Part shown: piece by piece, positions 45,326-54,802 of the stretch
How the letters are laid out: the number at the start of each line of letters is the position of its first letter
Position numbering within the stretch: position 1 is the stretch's first letter
From: Dehalococcoidia bacterium
Lineage (GTDB): Bacteria > Chloroflexota > Dehalococcoidia > Lucifugimonadales > UBA3495
Direction of reading: 5' to 3'
Assembly (NCBI GenBank): GCA_965203855.1
Contig: CBDBDN010000005.1
Coordinates: forward strand, 321,804-385,803
DNA: 64,000 nt
Notes under the pieces: generated by a model
The model's database searches: none
Seen by the model: the letters and a program-made list of their open reading frames with translations, nothing else
Told to the model about the DNA's origin: nothing
Position numbers and translations under genes: made by a program

Positions 45326-46015
45326 TCAGGGCGACATTACCCCGCCCTGAGTGCACGGCGCGCCGTTGGGGAACTCCGGCCCCAGCTTGCCGGAGTAGGC
45401 TTCAAAGAAGCGTTCAATACGCCCCTGGTCCACTCCGTTCATAGGCCCATCCCTTACGCCCCAGGTGGTCAGCGCAACCGTCCCTACCGGGATTTGGTCG
45501 TAGGGACGCGCTACGCCCCATGCAGTGGTCTGTCCGATGGCATCGTAGGCATCGCGCAGCTCCGCCACTTGGGCCGCATCCGGCAGGTTGTAGTGGACGA
45601 TGATGTTGCCGTGTTCCATGTTATGGACAATGCGCTCGTCCGGCACCGGGTCGGTGTAGAACCCGCACGACACCCAGCCGTTCCAGTGCCGGCCCGAGGT
45701 GGGCGGCACGGTGTAGCCGTCCGGGTTGACTGCGCTGATGGAGATAGTATCCGGGAAATGCTCCCGGCTATCCTCTACATCCAGCTGTTCGCCAATGCCG
45801 TCAACATACCCGTCGGCGCTGCCCGTGCCGCCGCCCGGCCCGCCCAGCAGCGGCAACACTACCGGAACCAGCAAGGCAACTATGAATATCACCGCGATGA
45901 GGGCAAAGGCCGCCAATAGCCACTTGCTGTTGAACCCGCCGCCGATTGCTGCGGGCTGCGTGCGGCGCTGTTCGCGGCTGGCCGCTTGACGGCGGCGATG
46001 TCGTGATGGAGGCAT
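45326..46015 (-). CDS. DUF3105-domain membrane-anchored protein (paralogue)
   Basis: TM anchor, then PPTSGRHWN...HNMEHGNIIVHYN... and a C-terminal PEFPNGAPCT, as in the neighbour. Confidence 0.7.
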   Translation of the reverse strand: MPPSRHRRRQAASREQRRTQPAAIGGGFNSKWLLAAFALIAVIFIVALLVPVVLPLLGGPGGGTGSADGYVDGIGEQLDVEDSREHFPDTISISAVNPDGYTVPPTSGRHWNGWVSCGFYTDPVPDERIVHNMEHGNIIVHYNLPDAAQVAELRDAYDAIGQTTAWGVARPYDQIPVGTVALTTWGVRDGPMNGVDQGRIERFFEAYSGKLGPEFPNGAPCTQGGVMSP

Positions 46016-46044
46016 AATCCTGCTGCTCGCCGGTTCCGGGCTGC

Positions 46045-46947
46045 TTAAAAGGTTTCGCCAGTGAGACGCTGATACGCCTGCCGATAGCGTTCCGAAGTGC
46101 GCGCTACCACATCAGCGGGCAGTTCCGGCGCCGGCGGCTCCTGGTTCCAGCCCTGCGCCGAAAGCCAGTCGCGGACGAACTGCTTGTCATAGTTAGGCTG
46201 CGACTTGCCGGGCGCATACCCCTCCGCATCCCAGAAACGGCTGGAATCCGGGGTCAGCAGTTCGTCAATCAGAATCAGCTCTCCGTTGCGGATGCCGAAC
46301 TCCATCTTGGTATCGGCCAGCACGATGCCGCGTTCTTTGGCGTAATCGTGCGCGTACAGATACACGGCCTTGCTGGTATCGGCTAGCTGCTGCGCCATTG
46401 CCGCGCCAACCATGGCGACGACTTCATCATCGCTCATATTTTCGTCGTGGCCTTCCTCGGCCTTGGTCGTCGGCGTGAACAGCGGTTCCGGGAAACGGTC
46501 GCCCTCCACCAGGCCGGCCGGCATCGGTTTGCCGGACACGGTGCCTTGCCGCCGGTATTCGCCCCAGGCCGAGCCGGTAATGTAGCCGCGCACGATGCAT
46601 TCAATGTCAATGCGCTCGGCCCGATGGACAATCATCGCCTGCCCCGCCACTTTGTCCTCAGCGTAGGCGGGATGTGCAATGACCGGACTGTCGCCCCACT
46701 TGCCGGCCCCCGGCGTATCGGCGAGGGCAATCAAATGATTGGGTACGATGTCGCCGGTCTGCGCGAACCAGAAAGCGGACATCCGGTTCAGCACGGCGCC
46801 CTTGTCGGGTATCGCCGTCGGCAGCACCACATCAAAGGCCGAAATGCGGTCGGTGGCTACCATCAGCAGCACATCGTCGCTCAGCCGGTAGGTATCGCGC
46901 ACTTTGCCGCGATGGAGTCGGTTGGGAATGCGGGTTTCAATAATCAT
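46045..46947 (-). CDS. purC: Phosphoribosylaminoimidazole-succinocarboxamide (SAICAR) synthase
   Basis: Matching segments are GKVRDTY, ATDRISAFD, RGYITGS and LADTKMEFG. Confidence 0.95.
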   Translation of the reverse strand: MIIETRIPNRLHRGKVRDTYRLSDDVLLMVATDRISAFDVVLPTAIPDKGAVLNRMSAFWFAQTGDIVPNHLIALADTPGAGKWGDSPVIAHPAYAEDKVAGQAMIVHRAERIDIECIVRGYITGSAWGEYRRQGTVSGKPMPAGLVEGDRFPEPLFTPTTKAEEGHDENMSDDEVVAMVGAAMAQQLADTSKAVYLYAHDYAKERGIVLADTKMEFGIRNGELILIDELLTPDSSRFWDAEGYAPGKSQPNYDKQFVRDWLSAQGWNQEPPAPELPADVVARTSERYRQAYQRLTGETF

Positions 46948-47052
46948 AGCGTGGCATCGTCCTGGATTCCGGCCGGCGCCGGAACGAAATTGAGTAGGTT
47001 GAGAGTGTCAAGGATTGAAAATTGCGTCGGTTGAAAAGCGTAAGACGAAGCT

Positions 47053-48375
47053 TTAAGCGGCGCTCCTGGCCGGCGCATCGTTCAACAGCCCGATGCGCCG
47101 AAAGTTGTCGTCAACATAACGGGTATAGTACCCGTAGTCAAAAAGTTCGTCCATCTCGTCAGCGGACAGCAGCGCGGCGGCATCGGCGTCGGCTTTGAGC
47201 AGGCTGCGGAAGTCATCGCCGTCATCCCAGGCGCGCATCGCATTGCGCTGCACAATATCGTAAGCCGCCTCCCGGGCCAGCCCCTTATCCTCAACCAGGG
47301 ACAGCAGAACTCGCTGGCTGAAAATCAGGCCGCGGCTGCTTTCCAGGTTTTGCCACATCCGCGCCGTGTCCACCCGCAGCCCGCTGACCACATAGGTAAA
47401 GATGCTCAAAATGTAGTCCAGCATCAGGCAGGAATCCGGCAGGATGATGCGTTCCGATGACGAATGACTGATGTCGCGCTCGCCCCACAGGGCCACATTT
47501 TCCAGCGCCGGCACGGCGTTGCCGCGAATGGTGCGCGCCAGCCCGCAGATGCGTTCCGTAAGTTCGGGATTGCGCTTGTGCGGCATTGACGACGACCCGG
47601 TTTGCCCGGCGCCGAAAGGTTCCTCAACTTCATGGATTTCGGTGCGCTGCATCCCCCGGATTTCGGTAGCGAACTTCTCCAAAGAGGCGGCAACCAGGGC
47701 CAGCGTAGTGATGAAATGGGCGTAGCGGTCGCGCTGCACTACCTGATTGGAAACCGGGGCGACGGCCAGGCCCAGATGCTGGCAAACCCGTTCCTCAATA
47801 TGCGGCGGAATTGTGGCGTGAGTGCCTACCGCCCCGGAGATTTTGCCTACCCGGACGGTTTCACGGGCCGCTTGTAATCTCTCCCGCTGCCGGCGCAGTT
47901 CGTCCCACCACAGCGCCAGTTTCAGCCCGAAAGTAATCGGCTCGGCGTGGACGCCGTGCGTCCGGCCCATCATTATAGTGTCCTTGTGGCAAACGGCCTG
48001 CTGCTCCACGGCGGCGATGGCGGCGTCCAGCTCCGCCAGCAGCAAGTCGGCGGCGGCGACCAGCTGCAACGCCTGCCCGGTGTCCAGCATATCCGAGGAA
48101 GTCATTCCGAGATGCAGCCAGCGGCCCTCTGCGCCCAGCGTTTCGGTGATGGAACGCAGAAAGGCGGTAACATCGTGGCGCGTGGTGGCGAAAATCTCCA
48201 GCATCCGCTGATGGTTGTAAGCGGCGGAGCGCAGAGCGGCCATATCGGCGGCGGGAATGACGCCGGCCTCCGTCCACGCTTCGCAGACGGCCAGCTCCAC
48301 ATCCAGCCACATCCGATATTTATTTTCGTCCGACCAGACCTGCTGCATCGCCGGCCGGGAATAGCGGTCAATCAC
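47053..48375 (-). CDS. purB: Adenylosuccinate lyase
   Basis: GTG start (V/MIDRYSRPAM). Matching segments are TSSDMLDT, GKISGAVGT and the signature SSSMPHKRNP. Confidence 0.95.
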   Translation of the reverse strand: MIDRYSRPAMQQVWSDENKYRMWLDVELAVCEAWTEAGVIPAADMAALRSAAYNHQRMLEIFATTRHDVTAFLRSITETLGAEGRWLHLGMTSSDMLDTGQALQLVAAADLLLAELDAAIAAVEQQAVCHKDTIMMGRTHGVHAEPITFGLKLALWWDELRRQRERLQAARETVRVGKISGAVGTHATIPPHIEERVCQHLGLAVAPVSNQVVQRDRYAHFITTLALVAASLEKFATEIRGMQRTEIHEVEEPFGAGQTGSSSMPHKRNPELTERICGLARTIRGNAVPALENVALWGERDISHSSSERIILPDSCLMLDYILSIFTYVVSGLRVDTARMWQNLESSRGLIFSQRVLLSLVEDKGLAREAAYDIVQRNAMRAWDDGDDFRSLLKADADAAALLSADEMDELFDYGYYTRYVDDNFRRIGLLNDAPARSAA

Positions 48376-48565
48376 GGCATCGCCTCTGGGAATTGGCAGT
48401 AACGGCTAGGTATTGTACCACAGCCTTGCTATCGGAACCGGTCGATTTGGCCGGGTGATTAGCGTATAGAAAAACTCGGCCCCGCCCGGTGTAGCACGGC
48501 CGGCAATTCGCTATAATGATCCGTCAAATCCGACCCGCTGCAGCAAGAATCTGGAGGGAATCTTG

Positions 48566-49255
48566 ATGAACGGCGCCAACTTGCCCGCTACATATACCGC
48601 CGTTGCCCTGGCGGAAAAATGGGAACGCTGCAATCCCGATACCACCCGCACCAGCAACCTCGGCCTGCGTATGCGCCGCGCCATCAGCTGGCTGCAACGC
48701 GCCGAGCAGGAACCCGACGACCCGGACGCCGCATTCATTTTCTACTGGATCGCATTCAACGCCGTCTATGGCGAGGACCGTCCCGAGGATTATGACCGCA
48801 CCGGGCGAGAACGCGACACGTTCCAGCGGTATTTTGCGAAAGTGGTCGCTTTGGACACGGACAACTCAATCTACGCGGCCGTTTGGGAAAAATTCACGGA
48901 CTCGGTTCGGGGATTCTTGGAAAATCGGTTTGTCTTTGCTCCATTTTGGAAATCACGCAACCGCAACGCCCAAAACCCGGACTGGCAGCGTATGTTTGAC
49001 AACAGCCGGCGAAAAGAAACTTGGGCATTTGTAGATAAGGACGCCGTCGCTATCCTGGACGCCCTGTTCGACCGTCTCTATGTCCTCCGCAACCAGCTGC
49101 TGCACGGCGGCGCAACCTGGCAAGGCAGCGTCAACCGCAGCCAGGTGCAGGATGGCGCCGCCATCATGGCGTTCCTCGTCCCCCATTTCATCAACCTGAT
49201 GATAGACCATCCGCACATTGACTGGGGCAGCCCCCGCTACCCGGTAAGGCGCTGA
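48566..49255 (+). CDS. HEPN-like protein (Rx4H motif), family unassigned
   Basis: All-helical, 229 aa. The C-terminal LRNQLLHGG fits the HEPN R-x4-H catalytic motif. GGAGGG before the ATG. Confidence 0.45.
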   Translation: MNGANLPATYTAVALAEKWERCNPDTTRTSNLGLRMRRAISWLQRAEQEPDDPDAAFIFYWIAFNAVYGEDRPEDYDRTGRERDTFQRYFAKVVALDTDNSIYAAVWEKFTDSVRGFLENRFVFAPFWKSRNRNAQNPDWQRMFDNSRRKETWAFVDKDAVAILDALFDRLYVLRNQLLHGGATWQGSVNRSQVQDGAAIMAFLVPHFINLMIDHPHIDWGSPRYPVRR

Positions 49256-49290
49256 TCAGCCTGCTATCCGGCAAGACGCAGTAATCGCGG

Positions 49291-49800
49291 TTAGCGCCGG
49301 GTACGCCAGTCCGTCCGAAAATCCAGTTCGCGTATCAACCCAAAAATGTTGCTGTGGCGCACATTAAAATCATCGCATACGTCAGGCACTTTGCGGTTGG
49401 AGCCGCGCTTGCTGGGGCGGGAGGTTTCGTTGCTGATTACGCTTCGGCCGGCAGGGTCGGTCAGAGCATAAGCAATCAAAAAAGGATCTCGGCCGATTTT
49501 CTCAATATCAACATCGGTCAGGCCGTTGCCATAGCCTTGCTCAGTTACCAGAGCAACTAAATCCCGGCGAACTTCCTCGTCCAGCAGCAGCGCATCCCGG
49601 TTTGCCCGCAGCCAATCTACTACGGCATCCTGCCGTTCTGGCGGCGGATTTACTATTTCCTCGTAGATGTCCAGCGGAATCTTGACCAAGCCCCGCTCCC
49701 CTATTGCAGCGAGCCAGTCCCAAAACTCCGGCACCCGATCTATCGGGTAGTAATCGCGGTTAGCGTCGATCAGTACATTAGCATCCAGCAGGTAAAGCAT
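49291..49800 (-). CDS. DUF4411 (PIN-like nuclease fold) protein
   Basis: MLYLLDANVLIDA..YYP.D..PEFWDWL ... DPFLIAYAL ... KVPDVCDDF is the characteristic DUF4411 pattern. Confidence 0.8.
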   Translation of the reverse strand: MLYLLDANVLIDANRDYYPIDRVPEFWDWLAAIGERGLVKIPLDIYEEIVNPPPERQDAVVDWLRANRDALLLDEEVRRDLVALVTEQGYGNGLTDVDIEKIGRDPFLIAYALTDPAGRSVISNETSRPSKRGSNRKVPDVCDDFNVRHSNIFGLIRELDFRTDWRTRR

Positions 49801-49802
49801 AA

Positions 49803-50999
49803 CTACCTCTCGGACGGATGGCCAATGTTGAGGATCGGTTGCACCTGGCGGGATTTTACCCCTAGTATCCGGGCTGCTTTGGCGGTGGAAAGGGCATCGT
49901 CCGCCATCATTCGGCGCACCAGTTCGGTGATGCGACTGCCCAAACGATGGCGCCGGACGACATAATAATTCGGCCCGCTTTCCCGCTCTCTGGACTGAAT
50001 GCGCTGGCGTTCCTTTTCTTGTCGCCACTGCTGACGATATGTAGCGCAAAGACGATGATAAAATTCCTGGCTGATGCACCCCAGGCGATGCGCTTTGTAA
50101 GCCACCATTGCGCGGCTAACTTTGCATTCGCCAGCCAAATCGGCGATGCTTGCCGACAGATAATTGAAATCGCTGTCGCTGAAAACTGCCGCATCAAAAT
50201 CACTGGTCGGCAGCAAAAACTCGCCGGCCACGTCGTCGCAAAATCGTTCAATCACGCTGCTTCCTTGCGCGCTGCCTACGCCGGTCTGCCCCAGCAGCAA
50301 ATGCACCGTCTCATGCAGCAATGTGAATGACCATGCCGGGCGGGCGTCCTGGTCATTAATAACTATAAAGGGCGCTACCGTATCGGCGATAGAAAACCCG
50401 CGAAAAACATTCGTGTCCATTGCGGTATGATAGTTGCCCAAATCACCCTTAATCAGTACGAATATACCTGCTTTTTCCGCACTCATCCGCAGCAGATTAA
50501 AGGCAGCGGACGCATTGGGCTGCGCCCGGTATGTCGCCAAGTCAACTTCCAGCAGGTGTTGCAGCGATGCCAGGACAGCCGCTGGCCCATCCCCAATGGT
50601 GTGCGCGCCAATGAAATCCAGAGGCTCGGCTTCGTCTTCTTCATCCAGGACGGAGCGCACCATGCTTTGCCGTGCCCGCACATCCCGCACCAGCGCATCC
50701 AGCAAGGCTTCGTCCGCAGCTGAATGCTCTGCCGGCAAAGTGCGAAAATCTACTCCCCGATCCCCTTTCGCCGGCGGCTGCGACAAGTAGAAAGCGAGCA
50801 GCGGACGGCGGTACTGCTGCGACATTTTGACCAGCCGGCTGCGGCTTGGTTCCGCTGCGCCCGTTTCCAAAGCGGCGAGTTTGCTTACCGCTGAGGATCG
50901 CCCAGAGTCGCTGAGTCCCAATTTACGGGCTGCTTCCTCTGGCGTCAGACCGGCGGTTTCCCGCGCCCAAACTAGTATTTCCGGGTTAACCCTGGGCAT
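49803..50999 (-). CDS. XRE-HTH plus ImmA/IrrE-family zinc metallopeptidase
   Basis: N-terminal HTH (ARETAGLTPEEAARKLGLS) and peptidase HExxH (LLHETVHLL). Its stop lies 2 nt before the DUF4411 start. Confidence 0.85.
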   Translation of the reverse strand: MPRVNPEILVWARETAGLTPEEAARKLGLSDSGRSSAVSKLAALETGAAEPSRSRLVKMSQQYRRPLLAFYLSQPPAKGDRGVDFRTLPAEHSAADEALLDALVRDVRARQSMVRSVLDEEDEAEPLDFIGAHTIGDGPAAVLASLQHLLEVDLATYRAQPNASAAFNLLRMSAEKAGIFVLIKGDLGNYHTAMDTNVFRGFSIADTVAPFIVINDQDARPAWSFTLLHETVHLLLGQTGVGSAQGSSVIERFCDDVAGEFLLPTSDFDAAVFSDSDFNYLSASIADLAGECKVSRAMVAYKAHRLGCISQEFYHRLCATYRQQWRQEKERQRIQSRERESGPNYYVVRRHRLGSRITELVRRMMADDALSTAKAARILGVKSRQVQPILNIGHPSER

Positions 51000-51109
51000 T
51001 TCAGACACGCCATACTTGGTAGCGGATAGCGGCATTATAGGGAACGATGCCAAAATCTGCCAGGATTGCTTATCTACTCCGACCTGGCCGTATCGGCGAC
51101 GCGATACGG

Positions 51110-51823
51110 TCAACCACTAACATACTCCCGCACCGCCTCCAATACCCCCACAAAATCCGTAAATGGCCGCCAGGCGATCCCCGCCGCATCGCACAGCTCG
51201 GCCAATTGCCGGTGGGCCAGGACGGCATCGGCAATCTCCGCCGCCTCAAAATCGGAGCGGCCGTCGCCCATAAAGAATACATAATGCCCGGCATCTTGGA
51301 ACTGCCGCACGATGCGCGCCTTGCTGTTGCCCCGTTCCGGCGCATCCGGGTAGGGGAAATCGTAGCGATAGCCGGCGATGCGCCCGGCATCGTCAAAGTC
51401 GGTCGCTACGGCGTACACCGGAATAGCGGGGCCGCCGATGCCGTCCAGCAGGGCCTGGATGTAAAAGTCCAGGCCCTGGCTGACAATCACCAACGGAATA
51501 TCCCATTGTCGGCAGAAGTGCCAGAGTTCGGCGAAACCGGGGCGGAAATCGGCGTTGGCCCGCACGAAATCCTGCATCTCCCTTTTGGATGCCGTTATAT
51601 CCAGGAAAGTGATTTCCTGGTAATCCTTCAGCGACAGTTCGCCGTCGCGAAACCGCTGCCGCACTTCCTGCCAGTTGGGAGCTCCGAACCGATGCAGCAG
51701 CAGCTCGGCCACATTCTGCACGGCGGCGGTGTCGTCAAAGTCGGTAAGCACCGCCGGCGGCCGGACGGAACAAGCGTCGTTCCCGCCGGCCCGGTTCGGG
51801 TTGGCGTCAGTGTCAGCGTTCAC
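51110..51823 (-). CDS. HAD-superfamily phosphatase (MtnX/phosphoserine-phosphatase-like)
   Basis: DFDDT (DxDxT motif I), VSQG (motif II region) and MGDGRSD (motif IV). The start is uncertain: GTG at 51823 or at 51751. Confidence 0.6.
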   Translation of the reverse strand: MNADTDANPNRAGGNDACSVRPPAVLTDFDDTAAVQNVAELLLHRFGAPNWQEVRQRFRDGELSLKDYQEITFLDITASKREMQDFVRANADFRPGFAELWHFCRQWDIPLVIVSQGLDFYIQALLDGIGGPAIPVYAVATDFDDAGRIAGYRYDFPYPDAPERGNSKARIVRQFQDAGHYVFFMGDGRSDFEAAEIADAVLAHRQLAELCDAAGIAWRPFTDFVGVLEAVREYVSG

Positions 51824-52271
51824 GGAGGGACTGCCGGTACTGGTCCAGGGCGTCGCGGATCGCATCGTACTTCAGCGCCAGAATTGCGGCGGCGAAGTAG
51901 GCGGCGTTGCGCGCGCCCCAGCCGCCGACCGCCATCGCCGCTACCGGAATGCCCGGCGGCATCTGCGCGGTGGACAGCAGCGCATCCCAGCCGTTCAGCT
52001 CGCTGGAAGTCAGCGGAATGCCAATCACCGGCAGGGTGGTTTGGCCGGCCAAGGCGCCGGCCAGCGCCGCCGAGCCGCCGGCGGCGGCAATCAGCACTTC
52101 GATGCCCCGTTCCCGCGCGGCGGCGGCGTATTCGTGGACGCGTTCCGGCGTGCGGTGCGCCGACATTACCCGGACTTCGTAGTCAATGCCCAGGGATTCC
52201 AGAGTGTTGACGGTGGGTTGAACCGCATCCTCATCGGACGCGCTCCCCATAATTACTGCTACCAGGGGCAA
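51813..52271 (-). CDS. purE: N5-carboxyaminoimidazole ribonucleotide mutase
   Basis: Matching segments are VAVIMGSASD, VMSAHRTP, AAGGSAALAG and VIGIP. TTG start. Confidence 0.9.
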   Translation of the reverse strand: MPLVAVIMGSASDEDAVQPTVNTLESLGIDYEVRVMSAHRTPERVHEYAAAARERGIEVLIAAAGGSAALAGALAGQTTLPVIGIPLTSSELNGWDALLSTAQMPPGIPVAAMAVGGWGARNAAYFAAAILALKYDAIRDALDQYRQSLRER

Positions 52272-52363
52272 GATGGTTCCTCCTGTATTGGTTGGTATCG
52301 GTATCGGTTGCGTTTTACCCGATGCTAATAGTGAAAGCGACAGGATGCTGCGCCTGTTTCGGA

Positions 52364-52819
52364 TTAGTCGTCGTCGTCATCGCTGTCGTCATCATCGTCA
52401 TCAATGTCGGCGATGTCGCGGAAGGCGTCCAGCAAGGCGTCCTGTATCTCCGCCGGCTCGTCCTCAATTTCCTCGTCCTGCACGATGATATAGCCGGAAT
52501 CGTCCTCGTCAATGCCGATGCGTACCGCCAGCTCGACGGGGCTGCCGTCATACCAGAACAGGATGTACACGATCTCCTCGTCCGATTCGTCATCGGCCAC
52601 ATCATCATCGTCAAAGTCATACTCCCAGGAACGCTTGACGATGATGCGGCCGGCGTCGTCCAGCAGCGTGGAGTTCATCTGCTCCAGCAGGCTGGCGATG
52701 TCCAGGTTCCCGGCGTAGTTTTCCAGCAGCCTGCGCCGTTCATTAAAGTCGGCCAACAGCGGGCTGTAATCGCGCGCCATGCTGGCGCGCAGCCGGTTCA
52801 GTTCATCCTGCCAAGCCAT
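52364..52819 (-). CDS. Hypothetical, extremely acidic 151-aa protein
   Basis: The C-terminal third is almost entirely D/E (DIADIDDDDDDSDDDDD). No family recognised. Confidence 0.5.
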   Translation of the reverse strand: MAWQDELNRLRASMARDYSPLLADFNERRRLLENYAGNLDIASLLEQMNSTLLDDAGRIIVKRSWEYDFDDDDVADDESDEEIVYILFWYDGSPVELAVRIGIDEDDSGYIIVQDEEIEDEPAEIQDALLDAFRDIADIDDDDDDSDDDDD

Positions 52820-52900
52820 TGGAGTTCCTCCGTAGAGTAGAAATTGAGGAGTGAAATCGTGGAGTTGAAATTTGATGACACCGCCGCAAAACAGATGCGG

Positions 52901-53392
52901 CTATTCGTCGTCGCCGTGGTCCGGAGATTGATGCCATATTATAGCCACATTGAGCTGCCGGGCGGTTTCTGCGATTTCCTCCGGCCAATCGCCGTAGTGC
53001 GTAACCAGAAAAGCCTGCGTCCTGACTCCGGTAACTCGGTTGATGACGGCGGCGCGGCGGGCGGCGGTTTCCAGGTCGCCCCGGTTGAATGTAATGGAAC
53101 ATTCGCCAACCAGCAGCAAGTCGGCATGGTCGTCATCAGCGATGTCGCGGGCGATGATGTCGGCGTACAAGCCATCCAGGAATTCGTCGCGCGTAATCAG
53201 CCCGTCCCCACGCGCCTGCAAAAGCTGCACCTTGATGCGTTCCCGGTCGGCAAGTACCGCCAAAAGCGGACATTGGTCCAGAATTATGCCGATTTCATCA
53301 CGGCAGTAATCTGCGTAGTCAACGGCGTCCCAATATGCTATATCGCGGCTAATGCTCCGCTGTGTGCGGGTGATTTCGGAAATGGCAGTCAT
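52901..53392 (-). CDS. Hypothetical 163-aa protein, possible PD-(D/E)XK-like fold
   Basis: DADLLLVGECSITFNRGDLETAARRAAVINRVTG resembles the D...E-x-(K/S) core plus RA..RA helix of small nuclease-like proteins common in Chloroflexi and cyanobacteria. This is weak. Confidence 0.4.
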   Translation of the reverse strand: MTAISEITRTQRSISRDIAYWDAVDYADYCRDEIGIILDQCPLLAVLADRERIKVQLLQARGDGLITRDEFLDGLYADIIARDIADDDHADLLLVGECSITFNRGDLETAARRAAVINRVTGVRTQAFLVTHYGDWPEEIAETARQLNVAIIWHQSPDHGDDE

Positions 53393-53482
53393 ATCGCTGG
53401 TTCCAATGGGGGCGCCGGCTTATTTTGCGGATGGCGCCGGCGTTGCAATATCCCCGCTTAATACTATCACAAGCCTAGCAGC

Positions 53483-54796
53483 TTATTGGGCCACCGGGGC
53501 CGGCAATTCGGCAATGTCCCGCCGGCAGTAAGCGCCCTGGAAACTGATGCCGTCAATCCGGCTGTACGCCAGCCGCCGGGCATCGGCCACGGTGGCGCCG
53601 CAGCCCACCGCGCACAGCACCCTTCCGCCGGCGGTTACCGGGCGGTTGTCGGCATCAGGATTGACGCCGGCGCAAAACACCAGGCTGCCGCCCGTTCCCG
53701 CATCGCTGTGAATATCAACTCCAGCGGCAGCATCAACATCCAGCCCGGATACCGGGCAGCCCGTCCGGTAAGGGCCGGGGTAGCCGCCGGACGCCAGCAC
53801 TACGCCCACCGTCGTCCGGGGTGACCATTCTACGGGCGGCGCATCGTCCAGCGACCCGTTGGCGCAGGCCAGCATCACCGCCGCCGGGTCGGTAAGCAGC
53901 TGCGGCATAATTACCTGCGTTTCCGGGTCGCCAAAGCGGCAGTTGAATTCCAGGACGCGCGGGCCGGCGTCGGTAAGCATCAGCCCGCAGTACAACGCTC
54001 CGCGATAGGGGCAGCCGCGCCGGCCCATCTCGGCAATCACCGGCAGCATAAAGTCGCGGCGGATCCGTTCCGCCAGCGCGTCATTCCAGAAATGGGGCGG
54101 CCCGTAGCTGCCCATCCCGCCGGTGTTGGGGCCGGTATCTCCGTCGCCGGCGCGCTTGTAATCCGTAGCGGCTGCCACTGCCGAAAGGTTGACGCCGTCG
54201 GTGAACCCGAAAACGCTTACTTCCGCGCCCCGTATCCAATCCTCCACCACGATAGTATTGCCGGCATCGCCGAATATGCGCTCGGCCATACACGCTTGGA
54301 CGGCGGCCCTGGCGTCGGTCGGAGTGGCGCACATTGCCACGCCTTTGCCGGCGGCCAACCCGTCGGCTTTCACCACCAGCGGACGATTGGCGGCGTCAAT
54401 GTAGCGCAGGGCGGCGTCCGGGTCGTCAAAGACCCGGTAATTTGGACCGGTAACGCCGGCGGCGTCCATCACATCCCGCGCAAAACTTTTGCTGGATTCC
54501 AGCCGCGCCGCCGCTTGCGACGGCCCAAATACGGGAATGCCGGCGGCATTGAGCCGATCCGCCAGCCCCATCGCCAGCGGAACCTCCGGCCCTACCGCTA
54601 CCAGGCCAACCGCATAAGACGCAGCCGCGGCTACGATGCCGTCAAGGTCGGTTTCGGCCACCGGCAGATTCGTTCCCAGCTGCGCCGTGCCGTAGTTGCC
54701 GGGGGCGGTCAGCAGCTCCGTAACCACGGGCGACCGGCGCAGCCGCCAGGCCAGGGCGTGTTCCCGTCCGCCGGAGCCGATTACCAGGACGCGCAT
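53483..54796 (-). CDS. purD: Phosphoribosylamine--glycine ligase
   Basis: MRVLVIGSGGREHALAW, ATP-grasp segments, and EFNCRFGDPE. Confidence 0.95.
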   Translation of the reverse strand: MRVLVIGSGGREHALAWRLRRSPVVTELLTAPGNYGTAQLGTNLPVAETDLDGIVAAAASYAVGLVAVGPEVPLAMGLADRLNAAGIPVFGPSQAAARLESSKSFARDVMDAAGVTGPNYRVFDDPDAALRYIDAANRPLVVKADGLAAGKGVAMCATPTDARAAVQACMAERIFGDAGNTIVVEDWIRGAEVSVFGFTDGVNLSAVAAATDYKRAGDGDTGPNTGGMGSYGPPHFWNDALAERIRRDFMLPVIAEMGRRGCPYRGALYCGLMLTDAGPRVLEFNCRFGDPETQVIMPQLLTDPAAVMLACANGSLDDAPPVEWSPRTTVGVVLASGGYPGPYRTGCPVSGLDVDAAAGVDIHSDAGTGGSLVFCAGVNPDADNRPVTAGGRVLCAVGCGATVADARRLAYSRIDGISFQGAYCRRDIAELPAPVAQ

Positions 54797-54802
54797 CGCC
54801 GG

